Shown: positions 25,279 through 36,539 of the stretch, one piece after another | Position numbering within the stretch: the first letter of the stretch is position 1 | How the letters are laid out: each line of letters begins with the position of its first letter | Source of the DNA: Alphaproteobacteria bacterium | GTDB taxonomy: Bacteria; Pseudomonadota; Alphaproteobacteria; Bin95 | Direction: 5' to 3' | Length of the DNA stretch: 64,000 bases | NCBI GenBank assembly: GCA_965205265.1 | Contig: CBDBGH010000003.1 | Location: 1,728,001-1,792,000, forward strand | Position numbers and translations under genes: made by a program | The notes under the pieces: generated by a model | Seen by the model: only the letters and a program-made list of their open reading frames with translations | Told to the model about the DNA's origin: nothing | The model's database searches: none

Positions 25279-27208
25279 ATCGCGGTAGGGACGCCGGTTG
25301 CCCGGCGCCCCCCGCACAGATCCGGACGTGCCCGCTAAGGCATCCGGCTCCTCCCTCGGGTTGCGCTGTTCCCATACACGCTGACGGCAAGTCGTCGGTT
25401 CGGCCACGGGTGCCGGATTTCCACCTTGGGCCAGTACTTGGTCGTCAACTTGTCGACCTGTGCCCAGCCGAAGCGGTCCCGTTGCGATCTGCGGCGCGTG
25501 ATCGCGATCCACATCCGCTTCAGGCGCGAGGCGAAGCGGCTCAGGTATCGGTGGCTCATCGGGACGGCAAAGTAGTTCAGCCATCCGTCAAGCACCTTGC
25601 CCAGCCACCTCGCCGTTTCTTCGGCGTTGTCATGCATTCGGCTGCATAGCGCTTCCTTTATCCGCTTCAGTGTGCGGGCCATCCGCTCCGCAACCGGCTT
25701 GCGCCCCAACTGGAAACGCCCGCCTCTGGTCTCCGTGCAGTAGTGCGTGAAGCCCAGAAAGTCGAAAGTCTCCGGTTTGCCCTGCCCTCGTCGCCGACGG
25801 TTTCTAGGGGCAAATCGCCCGAACTCGATGAGCCGGGTCTTGTCGGGATGCAGTTCCAGTTCGAAGCTTCCGAACCGCTCCTTCAGGGCATCCAGAAATC
25901 GCTCCGCGTCCTGCTTGTGCTGGAAACCAACCACGAAGTCGTCGGCGTACCGCACGATGATCGCGTCGCCGTAGACCTCGTGGCTGCGCCACTTCTTATG
26001 GAACCAGAGATCGAGGACGTAATGCAGGTAGACGTTCGCCAGGATCGGCGAAATCACCGATCCCTGCGGGGTCCCCCGCAGGTCGTCCCGCCTCTCTCCA
26101 TCTTCCATGACGCCGGCGTTCAGCCACTTGATGATCAGCCTGATGACCCGCTTGTCCGCGATGCGGTGTTCAAGGAACCGGACCAGCCAGTCCCTCGACA
26201 CCGTGTCGAAGAATTTGCGGATGTCGCAATCGACCACCCAGTTGATCTTGAACTTGTCGATGCCGACCGCGATCGCATCGAGCGCATTGTGCGCCCCACG
26301 ACCGGGCCGGAACCCGTAGCTGAACCCCAGGAACTCCGCCTCGTAGATCGGCGTCAGGATTATCTCCGCCACGACCTTCTGGACGATCTTGTCCTCGATG
26401 GCCGCGACGCCGAGCGGTCGTGTACCGCCATCCGGCTTCGGGATGTTCACCCGTCGCGATGGCGTCGCCCGGTACGCTCCCGAATGCACGCGGTCGTGCA
26501 GGTCGGCCAAGCGGCCTTCCAGTTCCTTCCCGTACATCCGCCACGTCATGCCATCCGCGCCCGCCGCCGCGTTCTTCTTTAGCTCGAAGAACGCCCAGCG
26601 AAGCGCATCGACCGTGACATGGTGAAGGAGCGTCGTGAGACGCACCTTGCGTTCCCTTTGTACAAACTGCCGTATCCGGTCGGCCGCCTGTGACACGCTT
26701 TCCCGGTTCTGCGTCCGGCGCGTGCTTTGGCCTTCCGGATTCCCCTTGGGCTCGGCCCTTGGCTCCACCGGCTCCGCCGAGGCTGACGCCCCTTTGTTCG
26801 CCGGCTTCACGGCTACTATGGCCGAGTCTGACTTCTCCATGCCGTTCATCATCGGTTACGGACTACTCCTTTCCTTTGCGATCCTGCCACGACAGCGGGA
26901 TGGCATGGAGACCTCCCAGGTCCCGGTGCAGTGCTTACGTACGTGCATGGGTTCTTGGACACCGCGGGACTCCGACCCCCCTCGCCATAACGGTGGGTCG
27001 GATGCTGCCTTCGACCGAGGAAAAGGTCTCGGCATCCCGGACTAAGGATCTTTCGGTGCTCGATAGCCCTGTCCGCACGCGCCCCTGTCAACGCTTGACC
27101 CCCGCCCTCGCGAGCGACGGCCCATGACTCGGGGTGGAAGTGGTGGCTCACCTTCTCCTTCCTGCCGGACTTTCACCGGCTACACTGGCACCAGTTAGCC
27201 TGGCGCAC
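25279..27208 (-). mobile_element. Group II intron (1930 nt)
   Basis: 5' GTGCG at 27208; domain V GAGCCGGATGCCTTAGCGGGCACGTCCGGATCTG; domain VI ending CCCTACCGCGAT; EBS1 UUCCUC complementary to exon end GAGGGA. Confidence 0.95.
25335..26852 (-). CDS. ltrA: Group II intron reverse transcriptase/maturase (no HNH endonuclease seen)
   Basis: IPKPDG..RPLG, SYGFRPGR, D..KFFD, GTPQGS.ISP.LAN.YL, RYADD, FDFLGF, domain X GW.NYF. Confidence 0.95.
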   Translation of the reverse strand: MMNGMEKSDSAIVAVKPANKGASASAEPVEPRAEPKGNPEGQSTRRTQNRESVSQAADRIRQFVQRERKVRLTTLLHHVTVDALRWAFFELKKNAAAGADGMTWRMYGKELEGRLADLHDRVHSGAYRATPSRRVNIPKPDGGTRPLGVAAIEDKIVQKVVAEIILTPIYEAEFLGFSYGFRPGRGAHNALDAIAVGIDKFKINWVVDCDIRKFFDTVSRDWLVRFLEHRIADKRVIRLIIKWLNAGVMEDGERRDDLRGTPQGSVISPILANVYLHYVLDLWFHKKWRSHEVYGDAIIVRYADDFVVGFQHKQDAERFLDALKERFGSFELELHPDKTRLIEFGRFAPRNRRRRGQGKPETFDFLGFTHYCTETRGGRFQLGRKPVAERMARTLKRIKEALCSRMHDNAEETARWLGKVLDGWLNYFAVPMSHRYLSRFASRLKRMWIAITRRRSQRDRFGWAQVDKLTTKYWPKVEIRHPWPNRRLAVSVYGNSATRGRSRMP

Positions 27209-29860
27209 TCCCTCCTTCCTCCCCGCCAGCGCCGCCTGGGCGGCGGCGAGGCGGGCTATGGGGACGCGGTAGGGGGAGCAGGAGACGTAGTCCAGCCCGA
27301 TTTCGTGGCAGAAGGCGACCGAGGCCGGGTCGCCGCCATGCTCGCCGCAAATGCCGAGCTTGAGGTCCGGGCGCGCGGCCCGGCCGCGTTCGGCGGCGAT
27401 GCGCACCAGCTCGCCCACGCCCTCGATGTCCAGCGTCTCGAACGGGTCGCTCGCCAGGATGCCGCCGTCGCGGTAGGCGCCGAGGAAGGAGCCGGCGTCG
27501 TCGCGCGAAATGCCGAAGGCGGTCTGCGTCAGGTCGTTGGTGCCGAAGGAGAAGAACTCGGCGGCGGCGGCGATCTCGGCGGCCCTGAGCGCGGCGCGCG
27601 GCAGCTCGATCATCGTGCCGGTGCTCCAGACAAGCGCCTTGCCCGTCTCTTCCGCCACCGTCGCCGCCGTCCGGTCGATGACGGCCCTGATGCGCTCCAG
27701 CTCGCTGCCCGCTGCGACCAGCGGCACCATGACTTCGGGCTCGGCGCCGGTTTCGGCAGCGGCCTCGAAGATCGCGCGGGCCTGCATCTCGTAAATTTCG
27801 GGCCATGTGATGCCGAGCCGGCAGCCGCGGTGGCCGAGCATCGGGTTCGCTTCCTCCAACCGGAGCGCCCGGCGGCGCAGCTTGACCGCATCGACGCCGG
27901 CCGCCTCGGCCACCTCGGCGGTCTCCTCCTCGGTGCGCGGCAGGAATTCGTGCAGCGGCGGGTCCAGCAGCCGGATCGTCACCGGCAGGCCGTCCATGAT
28001 CCGGAACAGCTCAACAAAATCCCGGCGCTGCATCGGCAGCAGCTTTGCGAGCGCGGCGCGGCGCCCGGCCTCGTCGTCGGCCAGGATCATCTCGCGCATG
28101 GCGAGGATGCGGCCCGCGTCGAAGAACATGTGCTCCGTGCGGCAGAGCCCGATGCCCTCGGCGCCGAAGGCGCGTGCGGCTTCGGCGTCGCGGGGCGTCT
28201 CGGCATTGGCGCGCACCCGGAGCCGCCGCACCCCGTCCGCCCATTCCATCAGCCGCGCGAACCCGCCGGTCACTTCCGGTTGGATGGTCGCGATCTCGCC
28301 CGCCATCACCTCGCCGGTGCCGCCGTCTATGGTGATCCGGTCTTCGGTCGTGAAGGTCCGCCCATTGGCGAGCATGACGCCGTCTTCGACATCGATCCGG
28401 ACTGCGCCCGCGCCTGAAACGCAGGCCCGCCCCATGCCGCGCGCGACCACCGCCGCATGGCTCGTCATGCCGCCGCGCGAGGTCAGGATGCCGCGCGCGG
28501 CGTGCATGCCGTGGATATCCTCGGGGCTGGTCTCGCTGCGCACCAGGATGACCGCCTCGCCATTCGCCGCCGCCTGCTCGGCGGCGTCGGCGGTGAAGAC
28601 GATCCGGCCGGACGCGGCGCCGGGCGAGGCCGGCAGGCCGCGCGCAATCACATCGCGCTCCGCCTCGGGGTCGAGTGTGGGATGCAGGAGTTGCTCCAGC
28701 GCCTGCGGCTCGATCCGCATGACCGCCTCTTCCGGCCCGATGGTCCCGTCCTCCACCAGATCGACGGCGATCTGCAGCGCGGCCTGGGCCGTGCGCTTGC
28801 CCGAGCGCGTCTGGAGCATCCAGAGCCGGCCGGTCTCGACCGTGAACTCGATGTCCTGCATATCGCGGAAATGACGCTCCAGCCGGTCGCGCATCTCCAT
28901 GAGCCGGGCGAACGCTTCCGGCATGGCGCGCTCCATCGGCGGCAGGCTCGAGCCGCGCGCCTCCGCTTCCGCCGCCGTCAGGCTTTGCGGCGTGCGGATG
29001 CCGGCCACCACGTCCTCGCCCTGGGCGTTGACCAGGTATTCCCCGTAAAGCGCATTCTCGCCGGTGGAGGGGTTGCGGGTGAAGGCGACGCCGGTGGCAC
29101 AGTCCGCGCCCATATTGCCGAACACCATGGCCTGCACATTGACGCCCGTGCCCCACTCCTCGGGGATGCCGTGCAGGCGGCGATAGGTCTGCGCGCGCGG
29201 CGTCTGCCAGCTTCGCATCACGGCGCCGATGGCCTCCCAAAGCTGGGCGCGCGGCTCCTGCGGGAAGGGCGCGCCGGTCTCCTCCAGCACGATCTCCTTG
29301 AAGCGGGCGACGAGGCCGCTCCAGTCATCGGCATCGAGATCGGCGTCGGCATCCACGCCTTTCTCGTCTTTCAGAATCTCGATTTCTTCCTCGAACAGCC
29401 CGCGGTCCACGCCGAGCGCCACATCGGCGAACATCTGCACGAAGCGGCGGTAACTGTCGAAAGCGAAGCGCCGGTCGCCGGAGCTCGCCGCCAGCGCCTC
29501 CACCGTCCGGTCGTTCAGGCCGAGATTGAGCACCGTGTCCATCATGCCGGGCATGGAGACCCTGGCGCCCGAGCGCACGGAAACCAGAAGCGGGTCCGCC
29601 TCGCCGCCGAAGCGCCTGCCGACGGCCGCTTCCACTTCCGCCAAAGCCGCCTCGACCTGCTCCTCCAGCCCCTCCGGATAGCGTTCGCCATCGGCATAGA
29701 AGCGGGTGCAAACCTCCGTGGTGACGGTGAAACCCGGCGGCACCGGCAGGCCGAGCCGCGCCATCTCCGCGAGATTGGCGCCCTTGCCGCCGAGCAGCGC
29801 GCTCATCTCCGCGCGCCCTTCGGTCCGCCCGCCCCCGAAGGCGTAAACCCAACGGGTCAT
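27173..29860 (-). CDS. ppdK: Pyruvate, phosphate dikinase (the last 11 codons of this ORF are intron-derived; exon 1 ends at 27209)
   Basis: LGGKGANLAEM, GEDVVAGIRTP, GGMTSHAAVVARG, GLCRTEHMF, GICGEHGG. Confidence 0.97.
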   Translation of the reverse strand: MTRWVYAFGGGRTEGRAEMSALLGGKGANLAEMARLGLPVPPGFTVTTEVCTRFYADGERYPEGLEEQVEAALAEVEAAVGRRFGGEADPLLVSVRSGARVSMPGMMDTVLNLGLNDRTVEALAASSGDRRFAFDSYRRFVQMFADVALGVDRGLFEEEIEILKDEKGVDADADLDADDWSGLVARFKEIVLEETGAPFPQEPRAQLWEAIGAVMRSWQTPRAQTYRRLHGIPEEWGTGVNVQAMVFGNMGADCATGVAFTRNPSTGENALYGEYLVNAQGEDVVAGIRTPQSLTAAEAEARGSSLPPMERAMPEAFARLMEMRDRLERHFRDMQDIEFTVETGRLWMLQTRSGKRTAQAALQIAVDLVEDGTIGPEEAVMRIEPQALEQLLHPTLDPEAERDVIARGLPASPGAASGRIVFTADAAEQAAANGEAVILVRSETSPEDIHGMHAARGILTSRGGMTSHAAVVARGMGRACVSGAGAVRIDVEDGVMLANGRTFTTEDRITIDGGTGEVMAGEIATIQPEVTGGFARLMEWADGVRRLRVRANAETPRDAEAARAFGAEGIGLCRTEHMFFDAGRILAMREMILADDEAGRRAALAKLLPMQRRDFVELFRIMDGLPVTIRLLDPPLHEFLPRTEEETAEVAEAAGVDAVKLRRRALRLEEANPMLGHRGCRLGITWPEIYEMQARAIFEAAAETGAEPEVMVPLVAAGSELERIRAVIDRTAATVAEETGKALVWSTGTMIELPRAALRAAEIAAAAEFFSFGTNDLTQTAFGISRDDAGSFLGAYRDGGILASDPFETLDIEGVGELVRIAAERGRAARPDLKLGICGEHGGDPASVAFCHEIGLDYVSCSPYRVPIARLAAAQAALAGRKEGVRQANWCQCSR

Positions 29861-29863
29861 CGA

Positions 29864-31915
29864 TCAGCCCTCTATCCGGGAGAAGTCCGCAACGCCTGCG
29901 GTCGCAGCCCGGATGCCGGCGAGCAGCCGGAGCCGGTTGGCCCGAAGCGCGGCGTCCGCTGCATTGACCGTCACCTCGTCGAAGAACCGGTCCACCGGCG
30001 CGCGCAATGTCGCCAGCGCCCGGGTCGCGGCGGAGAAGTCCTCAGCCTCGACCGCGCGGGAGGCCGCCGCGCCTGCCCTGCCCAGCGCCTCATGCAGGGC
30101 GCGTTCCGCCTCGACGGCAAAGGCGGACGGGTCGGCGTCGACGCCGTAGGAGGTGCTGTCCTTCTTCTCCTCTATGGCGAGGATGCTGCCGGCGCGCTTG
30201 TAGGCGGTCAGCAGGTTCGCGCCGTCCTCTTCGTCCACGAAGCGTTCGAGAAAGGCGACGCGGGCCATCAGCCGTGTCAGGTCGTCCTCATTGCCGAGCG
30301 CGAAGACGGCGGATACAAGGTCTTGCCTTGCGCCGCGCTCGCGCAGATGCGCCTTCAACCGGTCCTCGAAAAAGGCGAACAGCGTCTCGCCGCCCTCATC
30401 CGTTCCGTAGCTTTCCAGCGCCGCCGCAATCGCGGGACGCAGCGGCAGGCGCAGGCCGTTTTCCAGCACGATGCGCACGATGCCGAGTGCGGCGCGGCGG
30501 AGCGCGAACGGGTCGCGCGATCCCGTCGGGCGCTCGTCGATAGAGAAGAAGCCGGCCAGCGTGTCGAACTTGTCGGCGAGGGCGGCGACGATTGACACCG
30601 GATCGGCCGGCACCGAATCGCTAGGCCCCTGTGGCCTGTAGTGTTCTGCCAGCGCGTTGGCTATGTCGGCGCCCTGCCCCTCCTCTAACGCATAGTAGCG
30701 GCCCATGACGCCCTGCAATTCGGGGAACTCGCCGACCATCCCGGTCACGAGGTCGGCCTTGGCAAGACGCACCGCCTGGCGGCAGCGCGCAGCGTCGGCG
30801 CCGGGAACGAAGGGCGCCAGCTTGTCCGCCAGACGCTCCAGCCGCCGGACCTTGTCGCCCACGCTTCCCAGCTTTGCGTGAAACACCACCTTGTCGAGCG
30901 CCGGCAGGCGGTCTTCCAGCCGGCGCATCCGGTCCTGATCCCAGAAGAACCGGGCGTCGGCGAGACGCGCGCGCAGCACGCGCTCATTGCCGGCGCGGAC
31001 CGCCGCATTGCCGTCGGGCGCCTCAATATTGGCGACGAACAGGAAGCGCGGCGCGAGCCCGCCCGCCTCGTCCTCCACCGGGAAATAGCGCTGATGCGAC
31101 TCCATGCTCGTCATCAGCACTTCGGGCGGCAGTTCCAGAAAGGCCGGGTCGAAATCTCCGACGCCGGGCACCGGCCATTCGGTGAGGCCCGCATTCTCGG
31201 ACAGCAGGCGTTCCGAAAGGCGAACGCCCTCCGGCGCGCTCTCGCGGATACGCTGTACGCGTTCTTCTACATCGATCAGTACGAAGGCCGCCCGCAGCTT
31301 CGCCTCGTAATCCGCGAATCCGGTGACGGCGAACGGTTCCGGCGCCATGAAGCGATGGCCCTGCGTGCGATTCGAGAAATCGAGCCGCGCTTCCGTGCCG
31401 CCGATCTCGATGCCGCCGGGCAGCGCCTCGCCTCCGAAGACGGCCAGCACGTCCCGCAGCGGGCGCACATAGCGCATCGGCGCATCGCCCCAGCGCATGG
31501 ATTTCGGCCAGGCAAGACCGCCCACCGCATCCGCCACGATCTCCGCCAGCACTTCGCGCGCCGGACGGCCGGGCACGCGGCGCACGGCGAACCAGAACTC
31601 GGCCTTGCCCTGCTGCCGGCGCTCGCAGTCCTCCAGGCTTGCGAGGCCGGCCGCCTTCAGGAAGCCCTCGACAGCCCGGTCCGGCGCGCCGACGCGCGGG
31701 CCCTTGCGCTCCTCGATGCGGTCGGGCTGGCGCTCCGGCAGGCCCTCGACGACCAGCGCGATCCGGCGCGGGGTGGCGAAGGCGCGCGAGGCTCCGTGCG
31801 CGAGCTCCGCCTGCTTCAGCCCCTCCAGCACGAGGCATTCGAAATCGCGCCGCGCGCGGTCCTGCATCCGCGCCGGGATTTCCTCCGACAGCAATTCGAC
31901 GAGCAGTTCGCTCAT
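29864..31915 (-). CDS. glyS: Glycine--tRNA ligase beta subunit
   Basis: [54 protein letters not shown]. Confidence 0.96.
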   Translation of the reverse strand: MSELLVELLSEEIPARMQDRARRDFECLVLEGLKQAELAHGASRAFATPRRIALVVEGLPERQPDRIEERKGPRVGAPDRAVEGFLKAAGLASLEDCERRQQGKAEFWFAVRRVPGRPAREVLAEIVADAVGGLAWPKSMRWGDAPMRYVRPLRDVLAVFGGEALPGGIEIGGTEARLDFSNRTQGHRFMAPEPFAVTGFADYEAKLRAAFVLIDVEERVQRIRESAPEGVRLSERLLSENAGLTEWPVPGVGDFDPAFLELPPEVLMTSMESHQRYFPVEDEAGGLAPRFLFVANIEAPDGNAAVRAGNERVLRARLADARFFWDQDRMRRLEDRLPALDKVVFHAKLGSVGDKVRRLERLADKLAPFVPGADAARCRQAVRLAKADLVTGMVGEFPELQGVMGRYYALEEGQGADIANALAEHYRPQGPSDSVPADPVSIVAALADKFDTLAGFFSIDERPTGSRDPFALRRAALGIVRIVLENGLRLPLRPAIAAALESYGTDEGGETLFAFFEDRLKAHLRERGARQDLVSAVFALGNEDDLTRLMARVAFLERFVDEEDGANLLTAYKRAGSILAIEEKKDSTSYGVDADPSAFAVEAERALHEALGRAGAAASRAVEAEDFSAATRALATLRAPVDRFFDEVTVNAADAALRANRLRLLAGIRAATAGVADFSRIEG

Positions 31916-32790
31916 AGCGCCGCCGCGTCCAGGTGGCCGCGCGAGCGGAGCCAGACGCCGGCCGAAGCGCGCGCGAGCGTCCTGACCCGCCCGATATAGG
32001 CCGCCCGCTCCGTCACGCTCACCACGCCGCGCGCATCCAGCATGTTGAAGGCGTGGCTCGCCAGGATGCACTGGTCATAGGCCGGCAGCGCCAGCCCCGC
32101 CTCCACCAGCGCCGCGCATTCGCGCTCGGCGTCGGAGAAATGGCGGAAGAGCACGTCCGTGTCCGCATGCTCGAAATTGTAGGCCGAGAACTCCCGCTCG
32201 GCCTGATGGAAGACATCGCCGTAGGAGAGGCCTGCGCCGTTGAAGTCGAGGTCGTACACATTCTCGACCCCCTGCACATACATGGCGAGGCGTTCCAGCC
32301 CATAGGTGATCTCGCCCGAGACCGGGTTGCAATCGTAGCCGCCCACCTGCTGGAAATAGGTGAACTGGCTCACCTCCATACCGTCGCACCAGATCTCCCA
32401 GCCGAGGCCCCAGGCGCCGAGCGTCGGGCTCTCCCAGTCGTCCTCGACGAGGCGCAGGTCGTGCTCGCGCGAATCGATGCCGATTTCCGCAAGCGAGGCG
32501 AAATAAAGGTCCAGTATGTCCGGCGGGCTCGGCTTCAGCAGCACCTGGAACTGGTAGTAGTGCTGGAGCCGGTTGGGGTTCTCGCCATAGCGCCCGTCGG
32601 TCGGGCGGCGCGACGGCTGCACATAGGCGGCGCGCCACGGCTCCGGCCCGAGCGAGCGCAAGGTCGTCGCCGGATGGAACGTGCCGGCCCCCACCTGCAT
32701 GTCGTAGGGCTGCAGCACGGCGCAACCCTCGCCCGCCCAGAAGCGCTGGAGCGCCAGGATCAGTTCCTGGAAGCTCGGCGCGGCTGTCAT
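31912..32790 (-). CDS. glyQ: Glycine--tRNA ligase alpha subunit
   Basis: [47 protein letters not shown]. Confidence 0.98.
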   Translation of the reverse strand: MTAAPSFQELILALQRFWAGEGCAVLQPYDMQVGAGTFHPATTLRSLGPEPWRAAYVQPSRRPTDGRYGENPNRLQHYYQFQVLLKPSPPDILDLYFASLAEIGIDSREHDLRLVEDDWESPTLGAWGLGWEIWCDGMEVSQFTYFQQVGGYDCNPVSGEITYGLERLAMYVQGVENVYDLDFNGAGLSYGDVFHQAEREFSAYNFEHADTDVLFRHFSDAERECAALVEAGLALPAYDQCILASHAFNMLDARGVVSVTERAAYIGRVRTLARASAGVWLRSRGHLDAAAL

Positions 32791-32839
32791 GGCGCGGCCG
32801 CGGCCCGCCCGCGCCGGTCTGCATCGACGCGCATGCGCA

Positions 32840-33028
32840 TCAGTCCCGGTCCCGACTCCGGTAGGCCCCGCTTTCCGGGTCGCGTTCGAGGTCGATGGGC
32901 TCCCCGTCCTGCTCGTCCCGCACCTTGTTCACGAGCTTGTTGGCCTTGCGGGCCATGCCCTCGATCCGCTTCCAGCCGAAGAACACCAGACCGATGACGG
33001 CGGCGAGAAGCAGCAATTTCCAGAGCAT
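32840..33028 (-). CDS. Small membrane protein
   Basis: N-terminal TM helix, C-terminal L.RDP..G.Y motif, SD GGAGG; fills the gap between S49 and glyQ. Confidence 0.7.
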   Translation of the reverse strand: MLWKLLLLAAVIGLVFFGWKRIEGMARKANKLVNKVRDEQDGEPIDLERDPESGAYRSRDRD

Positions 33029-33055
33029 GGGCCGGTCCTCCCTTCGCTGCCCCCT

Positions 33056-33844
33056 TCATAGTCCGTAGCGCGACCAAAGCAACCGTTCCTCCACCGCATC
33101 GGCGAGGCCCGGCAGCGCCGGCAGCAGCGGGAAGCGCCGGCGGCGGCGCAGCGCCACCCGCAGCCGGACCCGCTTGCCGAACCGCTCGCGGACCACCTGG
33201 CGCATCTCGCCCAGGCCGTCGGCGAGGCCAAGCTCGACCGCCTGCCGGCCCGTCCACACCTTGCCGGAAAAGAGGTCGTTCCCCTCTTCCTTCAGGCGCA
33301 CGCCCCGGCGCTCGCGCACCCATTCGATGAAGACGTCGTGGATGTCTTCCTGCATGGCGCGCAGCACCTCGACGTCTTCCGGCCTTTCGGGCCGGAAGGG
33401 GTCCAGCATCCCCTTGCGCTCGCCCAGCGCATGCACCCGGCGCTCGATGCCAAGCCGCGCAATCGCGCCGTCGAAGCCGAACCCGGCGAAGATGACGCCG
33501 ATGGAGCCCAGGATGGACGCCGGATGCACGAAGATTTCCGATCCGGCGCAGGCGAGCCAGTAGCCGCCCGACGCGCCGACATCGTCCACGAAGCTCAGCA
33601 CCGGCACACCCTTCTCCTCGCCGAGCCTGCGGATACGGTCGGCGATCCGGGCGGACTGGACGGCGCTGCCGCCAGGGCTGTTGATCGAGAGCGCAACCGC
33701 CTCCAGCCGCCGGTAGCGGAAGGCGCGCTCGATTCCGGGCGCCACGGCCTCGTAGGTGAGCGCCCGGCCGCTACCCCGGCCCGGCACGCCAATGACGCCC
33801 GCGAGCGGCAGGACGGCGACGGTCGGGCGGCGGCGGAGTTTCAT
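33056..33844 (-). CDS. S49 family peptidase (SppA-like)
   Basis: INSPGGS.VQS, D.GASGGY.LAC, GSIGV, FSG..WTG..A...GL.D. Confidence 0.93.
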   Translation of the reverse strand: MKLRRRPTVAVLPLAGVIGVPGRGSGRALTYEAVAPGIERAFRYRRLEAVALSINSPGGSAVQSARIADRIRRLGEEKGVPVLSFVDDVGASGGYWLACAGSEIFVHPASILGSIGVIFAGFGFDGAIARLGIERRVHALGERKGMLDPFRPERPEDVEVLRAMQEDIHDVFIEWVRERRGVRLKEEGNDLFSGKVWTGRQAVELGLADGLGEMRQVVRERFGKRVRLRVALRRRRRFPLLPALPGLADAVEERLLWSRYGL

Positions 33845-33845
33845 C

Positions 33846-34538
33846 TCAATCCAAATCGAAGACGTTGAGGGGCTTCAGCTCGTCGTCGAGCTCATAGACG
33901 CGCGGGCGGCCGGTCGCGATCTCGAAGGACGGGATGTCCGCGTCCGAAATGCCCTCGAGATGCTTGATGAGCGCACGGAGCGAGTTGCCGTGCGCGGAGA
34001 TCAGCACCCGCTCGCCGCGCCCGACCCTGGGCGCGATCTCGGCATCCCAGTAAGGCCGCACCCGCTCGATGGTGAGCTTCAGCGTCTCATAGGTCGGCAC
34101 CCCGCCGGGCACCTCCGCATAGCGCCGGTCCGCCGCCTGCTCCCGCCAGCGCGGGTCGGAGCGCTCCAGCGCCGGCGGCGGCGTGTCGAAGCTGCGGCGC
34201 CAGACATGCACCTGCTCCTCGCCGTGAAGCTCGCGCATCTCCTGCTTGTTGAGGCCGGTGAGCCCGCCATAGTGGCGCTCGTTCAGCCGCCAGTCGCGGA
34301 TGACCGGCAGCCACATCCGGTCCATGCGGTCGAGCGCGATCCAGAGCGTGCGCACGGCGCGCTTCAGCACCGAGGTGTAGCAGACATCGAAATCGAAGCC
34401 GCCCGCCTTGAGCGCATCGCCGGCGCGCTCGGCCTCTGCAACCCCCGCTTCGGTCAGGTCCACGTCCACCCAGCCGGTGAACCGGTCCTGGCGGTTCCAC
34501 ACACTCTGGCCGTGGCGGAGCAGGACGAGCGCCGTCAC
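33846..34538 (-). CDS. gpmA: 2,3-bisphosphoglycerate-dependent phosphoglycerate mutase
   Basis: LRHGQS.WN...[28 protein letters not shown]. Confidence 0.96.
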   Translation of the reverse strand: MTALVLLRHGQSVWNRQDRFTGWVDVDLTEAGVAEAERAGDALKAGGFDFDVCYTSVLKRAVRTLWIALDRMDRMWLPVIRDWRLNERHYGGLTGLNKQEMRELHGEEQVHVWRRSFDTPPPALERSDPRWREQAADRRYAEVPGGVPTYETLKLTIERVRPYWDAEIAPRVGRGERVLISAHGNSLRALIKHLEGISDADIPSFEIATGRPRVYELDDELKPLNVFDLD

Positions 34539-35563
34539 GGCAGGAGGTCCATGGCCTGTTCGAGCTGGGCGATCCGGGCCTTATGGTCGAGGCGCGAATC
34601 GAAGCGGAGGTTGAGCCCGTCAATGCCGCAGTCCCGGTAGGTCTCGAAGCGGGCGCGCACCATGTCCGGCGTGCCGATGGCACCGAAAGCGGTAATCATC
34701 TCGTCCGGCACGCGCCTCGCCGCCTCCTCGCGTTTGCCTTCGACCCAGAGCCGCTGGATAGCCCGCGCGTCGTCCTCGAAACCGGCCCGGCGGAAGGCGT
34801 CGTTGTAGAAATTGGTGCGCGCGGACCCCATGGCACCCATCTGGAAGGCAATGCCGGGGCGACGCTCCTCGATCATGCGTTCGACATCCTCGCCGATGGC
34901 GACGGTGCAAGCCGTCTCCAGATCGAGGTCCGAGAGCCTGCGCCCGGCCCGGTCGGCCCCCCTGCGTAGATAGTCGAGATGCGCGGCCGGATAGTCCGGC
35001 GAAAAGGAGGTGCCGAGCCAGCCGTCCGCCGCCTCGCCCGTGTATTCCAACGCCCGTGGCCCGAGCGTCGCCAGGTAGATGGGAATCTCCGTTGGCGGAA
35101 AATCCAACCGGAGCGCCTTGCCCTCGCCGCCGGGCCGCGGCAACCGGAACTCGGAGCCCTCGAATTGCAGCTTCTCGCCCGCAAAGGCCATGCGCACGAT
35201 CGCGACCGTCTCCCTGAGCCGCGAGAGCGGGCGCGCATAGGCCGCGCCGTGCAGCCCTTCCACCACCTGCGGGCCGCTGACGCCGAGGCCGAGCGCAAAG
35301 CGACCGCCGGAGAGATGATGCAGCGACAGGGCCGTCATAGCGGTCATGGATGGCGCGCGGGCGCTGATCTGCATGATGCCCGTGCCGAGCCGGATGCGCG
35401 TCGTCCGCCCGGCAAGAAAGGCGAGCGAAGTCACCGCGTCCGCACCCCACGCCTCGGCGGACCATGCCGTGTCCACGCCCAGCCGCTCGGCCTCCTGCAC
35501 GAACTCCGTGAGCTCCACGCCGCCGCTCCGGTCGTAGCCGCCGACGCCGATCGACGCCTTCAT
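34535..35563 (-). CDS. LLM class (F420-dependent-type) oxidoreductase
   Basis: [34 protein letters not shown]. Confidence 0.88.
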   Translation of the reverse strand: MKASIGVGGYDRSGGVELTEFVQEAERLGVDTAWSAEAWGADAVTSLAFLAGRTTRIRLGTGIMQISARAPSMTAMTALSLHHLSGGRFALGLGVSGPQVVEGLHGAAYARPLSRLRETVAIVRMAFAGEKLQFEGSEFRLPRPGGEGKALRLDFPPTEIPIYLATLGPRALEYTGEAADGWLGTSFSPDYPAAHLDYLRRGADRAGRRLSDLDLETACTVAIGEDVERMIEERRPGIAFQMGAMGSARTNFYNDAFRRAGFEDDARAIQRLWVEGKREEAARRVPDEMITAFGAIGTPDMVRARFETYRDCGIDGLNLRFDSRLDHKARIAQLEQAMDLLP

Positions 35564-35591
35564 GCCTGTCCGTCCTCCTACGAGCTTCGGT

Positions 35592-36539
35592 TCAATCCCC
35601 GGCGAGCACCCGGCGATAGACCTCGATGTCGATATTGCCGCCGCTCGCCACCAGGCCGACCGCCTTTCCGGCCATACCCTCGCGCTCCTTCAACAGCGCC
35701 GCCAGGGGTGCTGCGCCCGCGCCCTCGATCACATTGTGGGTGTCGGTGAAATAATGGCGCATGGCTGCCTCGATTTCGTCGTCGTCCACGGTGACGATGC
35801 GCGCGGCGTGCTCCAGAATGATGGCAAGCGCCGCCTCATCCGGCGTGCGGCAGGCCATGCCGTCGGCCATGGTGTCGGCGCTGTTGGTCGAGACCGCCCG
35901 GCCCGCCTCGAAACTCAGCGCATAGCAAGGCGCCTTTTGGGCAACCACGCCGACGATCTCCGTCCTGAGCGCCAGCGTCTCGCGCGCGGCAATCGCCCCG
36001 CAAATGCCGGAGCCGAGCCCGATGGGCACATAGAGCGTGTCGAGATGCGGCGCGGCCCGCAGCAATTCGTAGCTGTAGGTCGCCACCCCGGCCGCGAGCG
36101 CCGGGTGGAAGGACGGCAGGAAATGCAGCCTTTCGTCCTCCGCGAGCGCCAGCGCATGTTCGAGCGCATCCTGGAAGTCGCGCCCATGCACGACGAGGTC
36201 TGCACCGAAGGCGCGCATCGCGGCATTTTTCTCGCGGCTGTTGCCCTCGGGCACGACGACGGTTACGCGCTTGCCCGCCTGCCGGGCGGCATAGGCGACG
36301 GACTGGCCGTGATTGCCCCGCGTCGCCGTCACCATGCCGTCGGCCTCGCACTGGGCCATGTAGGTCAACCCGCCGCGAATCTTGAACGCTCCGATAGGCG
36401 TGTGGTTCTCGTGCTTGACCCAGACCTCGGTGCCGGCGCGCTCGGCGAGCAGGGGCCAGACCCGCTGCGGAGTCGCGGGAAAGGCGCCATAGACCAGCTC
36501 GGCCGCCGCCTCGATTTCCGTCTTTCCAGGCAGTGTCAT
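35592..36539 (-). CDS. PLP-dependent threonine/serine dehydratase family protein
   Basis: KHENHTPIGAFKIRGG, ATRGNHG, VPIGLGSG, SGGNID. Confidence 0.9.
   Translation of the reverse strand: MTLPGKTEIEAAAELVYGAFPATPQRVWPLLAERAGTEVWVKHENHTPIGAFKIRGGLTYMAQCEADGMVTATRGNHGQSVAYAARQAGKRVTVVVPEGNSREKNAAMRAFGADLVVHGRDFQDALEHALALAEDERLHFLPSFHPALAAGVATYSYELLRAAPHLDTLYVPIGLGSGICGAIAARETLALRTEIVGVVAQKAPCYALSFEAGRAVSTNSADTMADGMACRTPDEAALAIILEHAARIVTVDDDEIEAAMRHYFTDTHNVIEGAGAAPLAALLKEREGMAGKAVGLVASGGNIDIEVYRRVLAGD

Noticed and set aside
25335-26852. RT as a retron, DGR or defence RT
   Set aside because: It has a maturase X domain and is enclosed by canonical group II ends, domain V/VI and EBS-IBS pairing. 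No template/variable repeat pair was seen for the FGE-domain gene.
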